Positions 14,170 through 26,520 of a stretch of DNA of 64,000 nucleotides are shown piece after piece. The notes beneath the pieces are model-generated. The model made no database searches, was not told the DNA's origin, and was given only the letters and a program-made list of their open reading frames with translations. Source of the DNA: Ylistrum balloti (lineage: Eukaryota); NCBI RefSeq assembly GCF_031769215.1, contig NW_026782269.1:1-64000 (forward strand), written 5' to 3'. Positions within the stretch are counted from its first letter, which is position 1. Each line of letters begins with the position of its first letter. The translations under genes were made by a program, and so were the position numbers.

Positions 14170-15960
14170 TCACAAATATTGATTACTTTTGTCAAATGAG
14201 ATTTCCGGTTCTTCTTTTCTGTTTCTTTCATTGAGACATTGGCAAGTAAGTCCATAGAATTGAATCTTTAAGTTTGTTACTGTGTGGTTGCATTGGTTTG
14301 GATGTACCAAAAGTACATAACACCCAAAGTGATATATCATTGATGCAACGTGGGTAGACATACCAGAGGTTCTCTTTCCTGCAAGACACATTCTCGTTAA
14401 AATGAATTCAAACACTGTACTTCGTTTGAGACTTGTGACGAGAATGAATCTGTCCTTGAATGAGGTCATCATCATGCTGGTAGACTCAAATAACATAATC
14501 ACCGCTATCTGTCTGATGTTCCACAACGTAGCAGGTGATTGTTTGAATTGGTATGTACCGTATGTGATGGTCTCACGGCATTTCAGATCCACACGAGAGA
14601 ATATCTGATGCTTCAAGTTTCTGCCATTCGCTTTTAGCTCGGCGTGTCATGTTGTGGTCTTCACTAACTCGCATTGCCAAAACGTTGTCTTTTTGTAAGA
14701 ACGAAAGCATTCGCTGAGTAATTTTAGTAACTTGTTCCACTCGAAGTGGATCTGAAACATATATGGGTCCTCTGAAGGCATTCAGACATGCATTTACAAT
14801 GCGAACTAACTTACCGATGATCTCAAAGAAGTAATTTGATGGAGGTTGATCCTTGAAAAGTACCCACTTCTTTAGACGTTCATGGTAGGACTCTACAACC
14901 CATTGTGTTTTGGAGCAACAGCGATCGCTATTGGCTGGATGAGAGTCCAATTATGAGTTTCCACCTGGTAAAAACGACGCTATTCTAGCATAATATCCAA
15001 GCTCAGATCTAAGACATCCCTGAAGCCACGATCCACAATCATACTATCGTTTACTTGCAGATTTCAGGACGTCAAATTTCTCGAAGTTGAGTTATGGATG
15101 CATCATTTACATTGCCGTGATAACGACCTTGTGTCAGGTAACACAATGGACATGAGCATAAAAACTGGTGGTCTTTGTATTTGTTGAGGTAGATATAGGT
15201 ACCATCTAGAATTTTAGTGACCTGATCACCATAAAGTGCTTTGGTAGATACAGTATTGTGTGTGACAGCTTCTTGGGATGATATATGGGCCGTACCAAGG
15301 TATTTGGGGACAACGAAATTGTTCAATTTTGTGAAAATATCTTGACGATGTGGCTTTGGGGAGGTTAGCATTAGTACGCATGGTCATTTGATTCCATGAA
15401 AGATTAGCTTTAAGTTTCACCTTAAAATACAGAAACAGGTCTATTGCACTTAAAGTGTCACATGAAGCTGGAACAAAGTCACACGTGCCATACATGTCTT
15501 AAATTGATCCAAGGTCCAGTTAAATTCTCATGTTTGGATACTTAATGTACGAGTTCAAGCAAATCATTGATTACAACTGAGGAAATGAATTCACTCAGTT
15601 AACCTTGCAGAGGAACATAATTGTTTATACTGATGTTTGTATCAGGATGCAGAATGCTTCCTATGAGATGTTCAGAACATATCAGGAGAGCGACAAAGTG
15701 AATATTTAAGAATAAGAGAGTGACTGACAGACTTAAGAATGTTTATACATCTGTCGTTATACTCTAAATTTAAAGAACACTTCCAATGTGAAGAGGAAGC
15801 TTACTGCAAATCTTCTATCCAAAGAAGAGGTAGATATGTAGGGTTCATTTCATTGTCATCTGGATTATCCTCAGTCTCCTCTAATGAATCGCAAGTAACC
15901 TTAGGATCATTATTACACTGGGTGTCGTCCTTTGAGTCGGGTTGTGGTCGTCACCAATAG
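14170..15960 (-). pseudogene. Decayed PIF/Harbinger/ISL2EU-like (DDE_Tnp_4-type) transposase with C-terminal SWIM finger
   Basis: Frameshifted pieces in order on the minus strand: ...ICSEHL, LSAIDLFLYFKVK (HTH-like), ILDGTYIYLNK (first catalytic D), NDASI, WVVESYHERLKKW (catalytic E), ITYGTYQFKQS, CLAGKRTSGMSTHVASMIYHFG (SWIM-like). Multiple stops. Confidence 0.8.
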
Positions 15961-17339
15961 TTGTAAAAGGGGATTGGTCATGTCACAAACAGGTGTAAGA
16001 AGGACTGGTCACTTCACAAGCAGATGTAAGAGGTGAGTATTCACGTCACAAGGCCAAGCAGATGTAAATATGATTACGTAATGATTTGCAGTGGTGTTTG
16101 AACGAGTACGAGTTTAAAATAAGATTGTTCACATGTCGATATTAATTTTGTTGTCTTCTTATATATAATTATATATGTATATCAAATAATTATCTTCCCT
16201 TTATAGTATGTAATCTTATGTCTAATTCACGAATTAAATAAACAATATTCTTCTATGGTATGGATGTATGTTATATTTTGCAGAAAACAGATTGAAAGTT
16301 TATCTTGAAATATTTGGTACAAGAATTTGCCCCATAAAAACACTTTATCAATAAGTTTAACAATATAAAAAAACTGAGGTATGAAACTCACGTCAAAAGG
16401 AAGACATGAAGTTTAAGTTGAGAAGTTCAATAAAATGTATCTATTAAATACGACAATTATCTATTTCAAGTACTGATCTTTGTCCTATATACCTTGTACT
16501 CAATTGCGATCGCTACATCATTTACTTGGGTAGGCTAAGGTTTAGATGGAGGTTACGTCGATGAAGTGATAAACACTGATCTTTCCGGAACTCCTGGTCT
16601 TATCCTACTTACACGATTTAGGGTCTTTAATTTTTTTCAATTCTCGTTTCGTCAATTTTCTACCAACTTTTTCACCAAATACCAAATCAATATTTCCCGT
16701 TGAATACTTTTTTCTCATTCCTAGCTCATCTATTTTATTCTGGCTCCACGTCCTGTTTGTTTTTTAGACAATCTTTCATGTACCAGTAATACTTTACTAT
16801 CTTAATGCTTATTGTTGTTTTCATTATGTATAAGTTTATCGTCAGATATCATAGGGAAGTTGATTCCGAGGCTTTGATTTGTATGTGTCTCCCAGTCTAC
16901 GTTTCTTACTCTCCTAAGTGTCTCTGAGGATATATTCATTAACTGTCGTAGATGTCTCCCAGAATACACTTGTTGTTTGTGTGTGTCTCCTTGTTGGCTA
17001 TACGTTCAAGCTTTGGTATGTTGCACCTTGACTATTCTTATTTCTTAAATTATGTAGGTGTCCTCAACTCTTCTTATTTTCGTAGGTGTTTTCACAGCTA
17101 GCTGTCCCTGTATTCTGTAAACCTTGGAATCTCATTAACTATAGATGCAATTTTTTGTGTTGATGTATGTCCAACTCTCATTTTTGTCTCCATGTTTTTG
17201 TCCTGTTTACTTGTGCTGAAGATATATAGAATTACAATACACACGACCAAGAATTAGTACATGATGTTCCGTCATCTATAACCCAGAGCAAGTGATGGCC
17301 CTGTAGTGGCTTTCTTACTCCGTCTGAAGTAGATACTAT

Positions 17340-17800
17340 AGTGCATTCCAATCGTAATTTATTGAATAATTATAGGGATAAGCTGCTACCTACACAGTTA
17401 TTCAATCCTGCTAATGATCGCATACTTTTCGAAATCCATACAATTTACATTAAGCCATTTTTTCTAGTTTTTTTATTACGAAAAGAAATTGAATTCGATT
17501 GGTTAGCAGTTTCTCACATATCGCTGCTAATCTACATTCTGGATTTTGAATGTCAAGTGCACAACCAATTATAAGACTTAGGTAAATAACTCTAATTATT
17601 GTCGATAAATCTTATAAATCGGGACGGGAAACATGTGATTTTGTATGTCGATGATCTTAAATCATTCTCACAGTATAGTTTCAGCTGTACGTTAATTATA
17701 ACAATGAACACTACTTATAATAACAGATTCATCATTCTCCAGTACCTAGCTACCACACACTGATTTTATTCCAGAAATACGTATCTTACTCAAATTATCC
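17340..17800 (+). mobile_element. Heavily decayed non-LTR reverse-transcriptase fragment
   Basis: LLPTQ...LVFL..E.EFD..VSH..LL in ORF 17341..17574 and LYVDDL at 17641 resemble RT motifs. Confidence 0.4.
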
Positions 17801-18294
17801 ATCTTGTCTTTTTCCAGCAATGACAACCGTCGGAGCTCTCAAATTTATATTGTCCTTCCACATTTGTACTTTGTAATAATACATTTTTGATATCACAGTA
17901 ACAAACGATATCACATGCCATTTGATATACTTGGATTGTAGTGTAAGTGTACCTAATGTCTTCTTAATGGATATTCAAAGTAAAGAAAACACATTCATCT
18001 TATTTTGCCATCCTACATCTATGGTTCGTGCGCGATGACAAAATTTCTTTTTCGACCGTCTTTTGTAATCATTTGGTACAAGCATTAGATGAGTGGTTTG
18101 CACTTTTTTAATTAAAAACGAAGACAAATATTAATATTCCACATTGTGCCTTTTGTACCAATGACTGATTTAATTCACGGGTAATATATCGGGCAGTGTA
18201 TAATATTTATTGGCTGTTATTGCCTGATCCTCACTTTTGTCCCTATCCTGTCTGAGTTTGATTCCTGAGCCTGGTCTTCAACTTTGTCCCTAAC

Positions 18295-18995
18295 CTCTAC
18301 AGCTAGAGCTAGCCTCTATGTCGAGGCTAACGAACCATCACTATATAGTTATCGAGAAAAATTGGCTTTGCAAAACACCATTCAGCTAGATTCAAATCCT
18401 TCAAATCCAGCTTTTTCACTTGTATTTGATCCAAAATATAAAACCTTGTTTCAAAACAAACCACAGACCATTCTACCATTCGGTATTCGGATTTCCGCTC
18501 TTTTACAATATATATTGATATTGACCAAATTCAGTAATTTGCATCGATAGAAATTCCAACCTGGCACATGAATGCACCTGAAGTTGACATTTACACTTCA
18601 TGAAATGGTTAAATCAGACAGTGACAGCTGCTCATTTCGTTCATCCCTCTCGAAATTGCAGTTAAAATATGAATATTTTCTACATTCATATATTGATGGT
18701 TTAAAAGATAATGCTAACGTTGCCGCGGTCAAGGTTACACAGGATGAAGCTTATGGGTGCTGACTACCTAAGAATGCCTCAATGTTCTCGGCGGGATCGC
18801 AGAATTTACCTCACCCTTGAACATATTCAAACAAACAAAATAATGAGAGCTGTTATCTATTCAGACTCTCTTTCTGTAATACACAGTCTTATCAATAGAA
18901 ATATCGAAAATATTTTCATTCATAATATATTGATCCTATGTCATGAACTTGCCTTTAACTTTCGTATTGCTTTTTGCTGGGTTCCTGGGCATACT
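18295..18995 (+). mobile_element. I-clade/Nimb-like LINE fragment with RNase H domain
   Basis: SLYVEANEPSL..REKLALQ, NPSNPAF, PFGIRI, YIDGLK (RNase H first D), VIYSDSLSVI, FCWVPGH motifs across three frameshifted ORFs. Confidence 0.85.
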
Positions 18996-19120
18996 GTAGA
19001 GATTTATAAAATTCTAAGTTGTCTGAAAGATGTTGGTCGTTATTATTGAATGACTTACCATTATAATCTTTTTGTGATAATATTGAAGATATTCACCATT
19101 TTACCTTTTAGTTTGTTTTA

Positions 19121-19705
19121 TGTCCCTATCCCGCCTGAGTGTGATCATCAGAATTGTCCCTATCCCGCCTGAGTGTGATCATCAGAATTGTCCCTATCCT
19201 GTCTGAGTGTGATCCTCAGGTTTGTCTCTATCCTGTCTGAGTGTGATCCTCAGCTTTGTCCCTATCCTGCCTGAGTGTGATCCTCAGAGTGTGATCCTCA
19301 GCTTTGTTCCTATCCTGCCTGAGTGTGATCCTCAGGTTTGTCCCTATCCTGCCTGAGTGTGATCCCCAGGTTTGTCCCTATCCTGCCTGAGTGTGATCCT
19401 CAGCTTTGTCCCTATCCTGCCTGAGTGTGATCCTCAGCTTTGCCCCTTTCCTGTCTGAGTGTGATCCTCAGGTTTGTCCCTATCCTGCCTGAGTGTGATC
19501 CTCAGGTTTGTCTCTATCCTGTCTGAGTGTGATCCTCAGCTTTGTCCCTATCCTGCCTGAGTGTGATACTCAGGTTTGTCCCTATCCTGCCTGAGTGTGA
19601 TCCTCAGATTTGTCCCTATCATGCCTGAGCCTGATCCTCAGTCAGCTTTGCCACTATCCTGCCTGAGCCTGATCCTCAGTCAGGTTTGTCGCTATCCTGT
19701 CTGAG
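19121..19705. repeat. 34-bp minisatellite, ~17 copies (detached units at 18222-18292)
   Basis: TTTGTCCCTATCCTGCCTGAGTGTGATCCTCAGG; each unit holds a CCTGAG/CTCAGG inverted repeat. Confidence 0.95.
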
Positions 19706-20479
19706 AGTTATTGCATGTTACTGAGGAATGGGGGGTTATAAAAGCACAAACACACATCATTTAACTCCTTTATAAACAACTACGTTGGGCATGGCTTAAT
19801 TGACAATATATTGTTTATTTTATGAAACAATACATTATACAATTGTCATTCCGTTAACTTGTACTCAACGGATATGTTTACAGCCATTCTTCTCAAAATC
19901 GTGAGTGCCGTACCTAATTTGTGGAAACAACCATACACAACTCATTCATGTACGTGTTTTACTATCATAATGATCAATTACATTTACACAGATGTACCTA
20001 GAGGGCAAATTTTCAGGCTTTCCTCTTAATTAAACAGAGGAATTAAATTAGAAGTACTCGAACAATGAACTGCCCCGAGGTTAACATCAGCTTGATTTTG
20101 TCGACAAATAGTGCATGTTCTTACTACGCCTCCAGATAGTGTCATTACCGCCATCATTACGTGTCATTGGTGCACATCCATGAAGTTGACTGAAGAGGAG
20201 ATCAAGCTTGAGCATTTCAGTAACGTTAAATAAATACTGTTAATTAGAAATAGTTTGAAAACTATCAAGATCTAAAATTTGTTGATGACGACAAAACTTG
20301 AAATATGATTCTTACAATGCAGTAACGTGCGTGCTTGATTACATATACGCGATCAGCCCATATCGAAGTTAACACTTAAGGTTTCGATGTATGAAAGCTG
20401 TCACATGACATGATTAATTTTAGAAATATCGCTCATTATCTCATATAATGAATAGATTACTAATTTTTAAACGGTTTTT

Positions 20480-21260
20480 AACAATGTACTGCCGAAATTC
20501 AGTGCCCATAAATTTACCATTGAAATCAATAAGAAGGAAATTGCGTTTTTAGATGTCCTCACAAAATGAAAGAAGACAAAATTAGAGCATATGTTTATAA
20601 TTGGCCAAAAGATACACGCCATTACCTTTATTTTGGTTCATGTCATCCGGGACATACAATACCACACGTATCGCACGTCTCAACACTATCCAGCAGGAAT
20701 AATAGAAGACGGCATTATAAACAATATCAGCAGAGATAAACAGGGATCATCAATAATCACATAAGTACATAAGTATGATCCACGATAGAGCAATATCAGT
20801 AAATAACTTGAACATTCTATTGAAAGGAGATGAACATATGAAAAGTGTATTTATAAAACAATTTATCAAAAGTAAACATCTTTTTTTTAAATAAGAAGAC
20901 GTATGCACGCCGTAGCAAACGTGAATATCTACAAGAATGGACTAATGAAAAGTTTGCGAAAAAGGAATTTACTATCAACGCGAATATATCTTGGTGTTCG
21001 AAAAACTTAAACCATGTAATTATATGTCCAAGATGTCATTAGTACTACACAGGAGAAACTGGTTACACTCTAAGAATATGGTCCCAAGTACCCAACCAGC
21101 ACATCACTGTACAAGAATATAGAAAAATAGATTACGTGAACATTTAGATTTTTGTGGACAAAAATGTTTGAGGTATTTACATCTTACAAACTATTTTCAG
21201 AAAATTCTATCGAGAGGAATAAGAAAGAAACATCTCATAAAGATATTAAAACCAAAATTA
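20480..21260 (+). mobile_element. Decayed Penelope-like element (RT thumb plus GIY-YIG endonuclease)
   Basis: KFTIE...IAFLDV, DT.HYL.FGSCHP.HT, FTINANIS...SKNL..VIICP.CH.YYTGETG.TL motifs with stops and frameshifts. Confidence 0.8.
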
Positions 21261-21494
21261 AACAGGCTATTGTAAACATATACTAAATTGTCTCCCCTTT
21301 CTATGACGTCTCTACAGACTTGTGTAACAACCATGTAGGCCTACTGAGGTAGCGAAACTAATTTTAAAAAGCCCGAAGATTTTATATGTAATCGTTTATT
21401 TTATTAATCAGAAATCTTTTCATTTTTATCATTTTTGGCAAAATTGGAAAAAGAAGCCTACTGGAATTCTCTTAATCAAAAGGCAAAAAAATAG

Positions 21495-21715
21495 TCTCTG
21501 AACCAATCCAATCGGCTTTCATTGTCTATGGTATATCTGTAAGCCGAGATAGCTACCCAGCACATGACGATAAAAAAACCTCTGAACCAATCCAATCGGC
21601 TTTCATTGTCTATGTTACATATGTAAGCTGAGAGAGTTACCCAGCACCTGACGATAAAAAATCTTTAAACCAATCCCATTGCCTCCATTATCTAGAGTAT
21701 ACCTGTAAGCAGAGA
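21495..21715. repeat. ~85-bp tandem triplication, diverging
   Basis: CTCTGAACCAATCCAATCGGCTTTCATTGTCTATG recurs at ~21496 and ~21581, with a degenerate copy at ~21665. Confidence 0.75.
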
Positions 21716-23654
21716 AAATTTTACACCGTACAATACATTACTTCTCTTCAATACTTTAAGTTACATGTTTCAACTCCCTTTTAACGTTTAATACTCTGAT
21801 TGCCTTCTGTATACCATTACATTCCGTAATCAATTATATATCCTGTTTGAACTAGTCAAGGTTACGTTCACATCAACTGACAGTTGAACGCTCAGATGAT
21901 ACATCAACAATACTGTTTTGCTTTCCTTTGTCACCTCTCGCACCCACTGTGCTGGGCTAGATCGATTTACAAAAACAGTATACAACGTGAAGGAAGCCTA
22001 CTGTGAAAGGACGTACAAACGACCTGTAAACAAAACCATTATCATAACTTAAAACCAGTAAAACGACAGTAAAATACAAGCTGTGGAAAGTTTTATAGGG
22101 AATTACTCATCTTTCATATCATTGACGACACATTTCGTGTAAATTTAAGTCAGTCAAAAACAACAACGAAAATACCACCAAGTCTACAGATTCTTTATTC
22201 GAACTCAAATTAGATTAATCGATGGCAACACATAAAAAAGACTCGCATGGAAACCTCTGGAAACGTATAAGGAGAATATCACCAGGTGTTCCGGAAGAGT
22301 CAGCGCCTCCTGCTTTATTTACGACAACCCTAATGTAAAGTCATGTTCTCAAAATGAGAATAAGGATAATCACCACCTGCCCTTGATGCCCATCTTCGGC
22401 GTCAATGATCATCAGTGACAGTGACACTAGAAAAGTCCGGAACTTGAAAACTGTATGCGTTTACCTTGAAATTTTGATGAGAACACTGCGTGCCATGAAG
22501 CTTCCTTGTAACTTAAGTGCTGAATTCTTTCACGATACCGTATTTCTTTTGAAGACAGACGTCGACAAAGCTGAAAACAATTATATGTGTGACGCTAGAC
22601 CATGACCTTAACCAGACATAGTAAGACATTAACCAATTTTGCGCCCAAATGAGTGTCTGATGGTGAAAAATGGCGTATCTTGGAAAATTCAATTTCATGA
22701 GTGTTTGTCTTATTATATTAGGACGAGAAATACTTTTCTTACATTTATGTTCAGCAAGTGCGACTGGAGCACGTCCCACCTCATATGGACTAATGTTCGT
22801 TGGAATCGACGTTTACAAGACTTTACTCTCGGTCCTAAACTCAAGACTTAATATTCGTGGTCCGTGACACACGCAATACTTATTCAAAAGTAAACTCGAT
22901 ACTCCCGTATGGTATTACATAACAATTCTAATTAAGATATGAACAATTTACTATCAAACTCTACTTCGTTATAAATTTTCTTTATTAAAAACCTTTTTTG
23001 TAGGAAATTGTATGAGATTTTGGAGGAGGGAGCACCCTTCGCCCTTTCTCTTAACCCATTTCAAGATCTGGGTAATTTCACTTCAACGCCTGTTATATCA
23101 AATTTGCACCGTCTTTCTATGAGTCAGCTACTCTATACTGGCTGCTTACTTCGATCTTTTTTCTACCAGCAAGGATATTTATGACTTCGCTCTACAAGTA
23201 TGGCGTTTTCAACTTGTCTATCATTTTTAAGAAATGGATCTTGAAAAATATCCTCGCGTGATCCTCACTACATAAGAAATACAATGGTATGTTTGAGTAT
23301 TATTGTGATAGACAGAATTCTACGTACGAAATACAATTCTCCATCCCTGAATTAGATTTTTCAGCACGCACGAGTCATAAAAATGTTATCACTGTTTTGT
23401 AATCCTCCTATTCCGCTGTGCTATGCGCACTGATCATTTAAAAAGTGACATGTCGAACGAGAGAGATATGGCGATGACGTCAATATTTATCTGTTGATAA
23501 AAATATGGCGGGATGATTCATTACATAGAAATTGATAAATTCTACCTACTTAAGTTCGTAAAACAAAAGTTACATGTTAGCATGCATTGGAGACACACGA
23601 AACATACTAGTCGTAAGTCATCAGTCAAAAAATAGCTCGTCCAAACCCGTCATT

Positions 23655-24095
23655 CCACAGCCACCAGTCCAATGTCACCAATTCAATGTCACAAATCCAA
23701 TGTCACAAATCCAAAGTCATCAGTCCATTGTCATCAGTCCAAAGCCACCAGTCTAATGTCATAGTCCACAGTCACCAGTCCAATGTCATCAGTCTAAAGC
23801 CACCAGTCAATTGTCACCAGTCTAATGTCATAGTCCAAAGCTGTCAGTCCAATGTCACCAGTCCAAAGCCGCCAGTCCAAAGTTACCAGTCGAATGTCAC
23901 CAGTCTAATGTCATAGTCCAAAGCTGTCAGTCTAATGTCAGCCGTCCAAAGCCGCCAGTCCAAAGTTACCAGTCGAAAGTCACCAGTCTAATGTCATTGT
24001 CCAAAGCCGCCAGTCCAAAGTTACCAGTCGAATGTCACCAGTCCAAATCATCAGTCCAAATCTGTCAGTCCGAGCCCATCAACCCACAGCCACCA
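23655..24095. repeat. Degenerate 13-14-bp subunit satellite
   Basis: ATGTCACCAGTCCA / AAGCCGCCAGTCCA / TGTCATAGTCCA variants. Confidence 0.85.
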
Positions 24096-24405
24096 GTCCA
24101 AATAAAACAAGGTAAGATATTGTGGAACCAATAACAACACCAGTTAAACAAAACTGCGTAGGGCGTACCTTATGATATCCTTGTCCCAGCAAGACTTTAA
24201 TGAAACGTTCCGGTTAACGACACTGCTATCCTCTGTTAGTAGAAGGCTCTCTGTCGTATTTACTTAGATGTTTCAACGGAACGCTTGGCCTAGCGTCAAT
24301 TCAACATAACAGATAATTTATAACCATGGAGAAATATGTCCTGAAGTACTAAGGAATTAAATGAAGCAGAGCAGGAACTATTCAATTTGATGCTGCCCTT
24401 AACTT

Positions 24406-24713
24406 CACTGACGAGTGCTAGAAGGACGAAACCGCTGTATGATGTAGTATCACTGACGAGTGCTAGAAGGACGAAACAGCTGTATGATGTAGCATCACTG
24501 ACGAGTGCTAGAAGGACGAAACCGCTGTATGATGTAGCATCACTGACGAGTGCTAGAAGGACGAAACAGCTGTATGATGTAGCATCACTGACGAGTGCTA
24601 GAAGGACGAAACAGCTGTATGATGTAGCATCACTGACGAGTGCTAGAAGGACGAAACCGCTGTATGATGTAGCATCACTGACGAGTGCTAGAAGGACGAA
24701 ACCGCTGTATGAT
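24406..24713 (+). ncRNA. Tandem array of seven 45-bp minimal hammerhead ribozyme motifs
   Basis: Unit CATCA-CTGACGA-GTGC(TAGAA)GGAC-GAAAC-(A/C)GCT-GTA-TGATG-TAG. It has the CUGANGA and GAAA core, GUA cleavage triplet, stem I CATCA/TGATG, stem II 3 of 4 bp, and stem III AC/GT closing a tetraloop. Units start at 24406, 24451, 24496, 24541, 24586, 24631 and 24676. Confidence 0.88.
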
Positions 24714-25989
24714 ACGGTTTAATTTATAATTATTCTCTCCTGTATCTGGTTCTAAATTTGTATTTTTGTGTTATCTTCGATGTTGCAGGTGCTGCTGATA
24801 CCTTTAGTACACGAGGTTTTACCGTAACCAGCATGCCACGTTTAAATTCATTCAAATAGCGGCACTGTCCACAATGTACATATATACATGACGTTCTTCG
24901 GAAATCATTACCTATATTAGAATTACTAAATTTGTTGAATTATAGTGCTAGTCCTTTTCTATGTAAACTTTTCTTTTGATCACTTTGATTTCCCTCAGTC
25001 GTCTCCTATGTATAAAAAATAAAGCCCATAGCATGAGGTCGAGTTGTATGTTTGCAATTTTAATTCATTATTTGTCTCTGCTGTATCTGATTGCAAACTT
25101 GAATTCAAAGTTGTTATTTACGTATGTATCTTTTGTACAATCTTCGTTTCACTTTTTGTACATTTTGTAAAAGTAAGATCAATGGCCAGGAAGCCGTTGT
25201 TCATTATATGATGTGACAACATGTAGAATACGGACCAGCATTGGGCAGTTATTGTCTAATCGGTGATCTCATCCCAATTATAGCTCTAATACAGCTATAA
25301 ATGATTGAGACATATCCGTCTTATATACCCTTAATAACATAATTAGGGGTTATCGGGATGGTATGTTATAGACAGAACGAATCAATGACCGGAGCCTTAT
25401 CCCAGTCATTTCTTACACACCAATGGACATCGTACGTTACCGATGAGGTATATAGGTTTTTAATCGTCATGAAATGTGATTAAGCAACTTGCAAAGTGTT
25501 TATTTTCTGTGAGACGTTTCAATAAAATCATAATCGCTTGAAGTATCTCCAAAGACCTTCAAAGTCCTTTAAAACTGAGAAATTACAATAAAAAGGTCAT
25601 TTAGAATCGGCATTTCGGCCACCTGGGTCAAGTTTGTAACTGCCAATAAAAATCGTTTCCATATTTCGAAAAAAGTTCTAAAAATTTCACAGAAAAAGGA
25701 ATGGCAAGCACACCCGAGAATTGCCGAACATCAATGTCAGCGAAGCCAAGATGGCGTCGTTAGCATTAACGCCAACAAAATATGCTCCCTTTAAAACGCT
25801 CATTTGTATTTGCGATGTAAAATTTGTGGGGAAAAGTTCAATAAAAAAAGTATTGTTTAATGAAATAGTGTTAAAACATTTAGAATATGCCGACAAGAGA
25901 AATAATCATGATCTAAATTCAAATTCAATAAAACTAATCAATAATATGAAGAAAAAAAGATTTACTGATAGACTCATGAAAAAGCACAA

Positions 25990-26520
25990 AGAGAATAAGA
26001 CCTTGTGTTACGAAAGGGTAAGCATCTTCTGCTTCATCGACGACATCCACCATGTCAATCATTGACAATCCAAGTATGTCACGATCTCAAATGAAAACCA
26101 GGTATACCATAACGGAACCAACAGGCAAACTAATGAGCCCAAACACCTCCAGCTTCATATCTTAAAAAGAAATAGAAAAGTCATCTATGAGATCTCTGTG
26201 ACGAGCGTAAAACTTCCCCATAATTTTCATCGACATGTATCTTTTGAAACCCTGTTTTATGAATTTGTCTGTCTGTGGTTCACGAAGTCGTGATATTGGA
26301 AACAGGACCTTGAATATCGTATCAACTACTGTATGTAAAAACCGTAACATTTTCACTATAGCTCGATTTTTTTTCATCAAAAAATGGTATAATTTGATTG
26401 GTGAATGATACAGCTGACTAGAACGGCTCTTTAAACGGGATGTCGTCAGATATACAGTATGAAGTGAAATGGGATTCGATATAGGGCAAAATGAATTGTA
26501 CAAACGACACACAAGTGAAC
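25990..26520 (-). mobile_element. Penelope-like RT C-terminal fragment plus 3' region (Naiad-like type)
   Basis: ORF 26162..26512 ends ...KFIKQGFKRYMSMKIMGKFYARHRDLIDDF, matching the L..QG+......L.KFYGRH.DL PLE tail; followed by the shared 3' motif. Confidence 0.65.
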
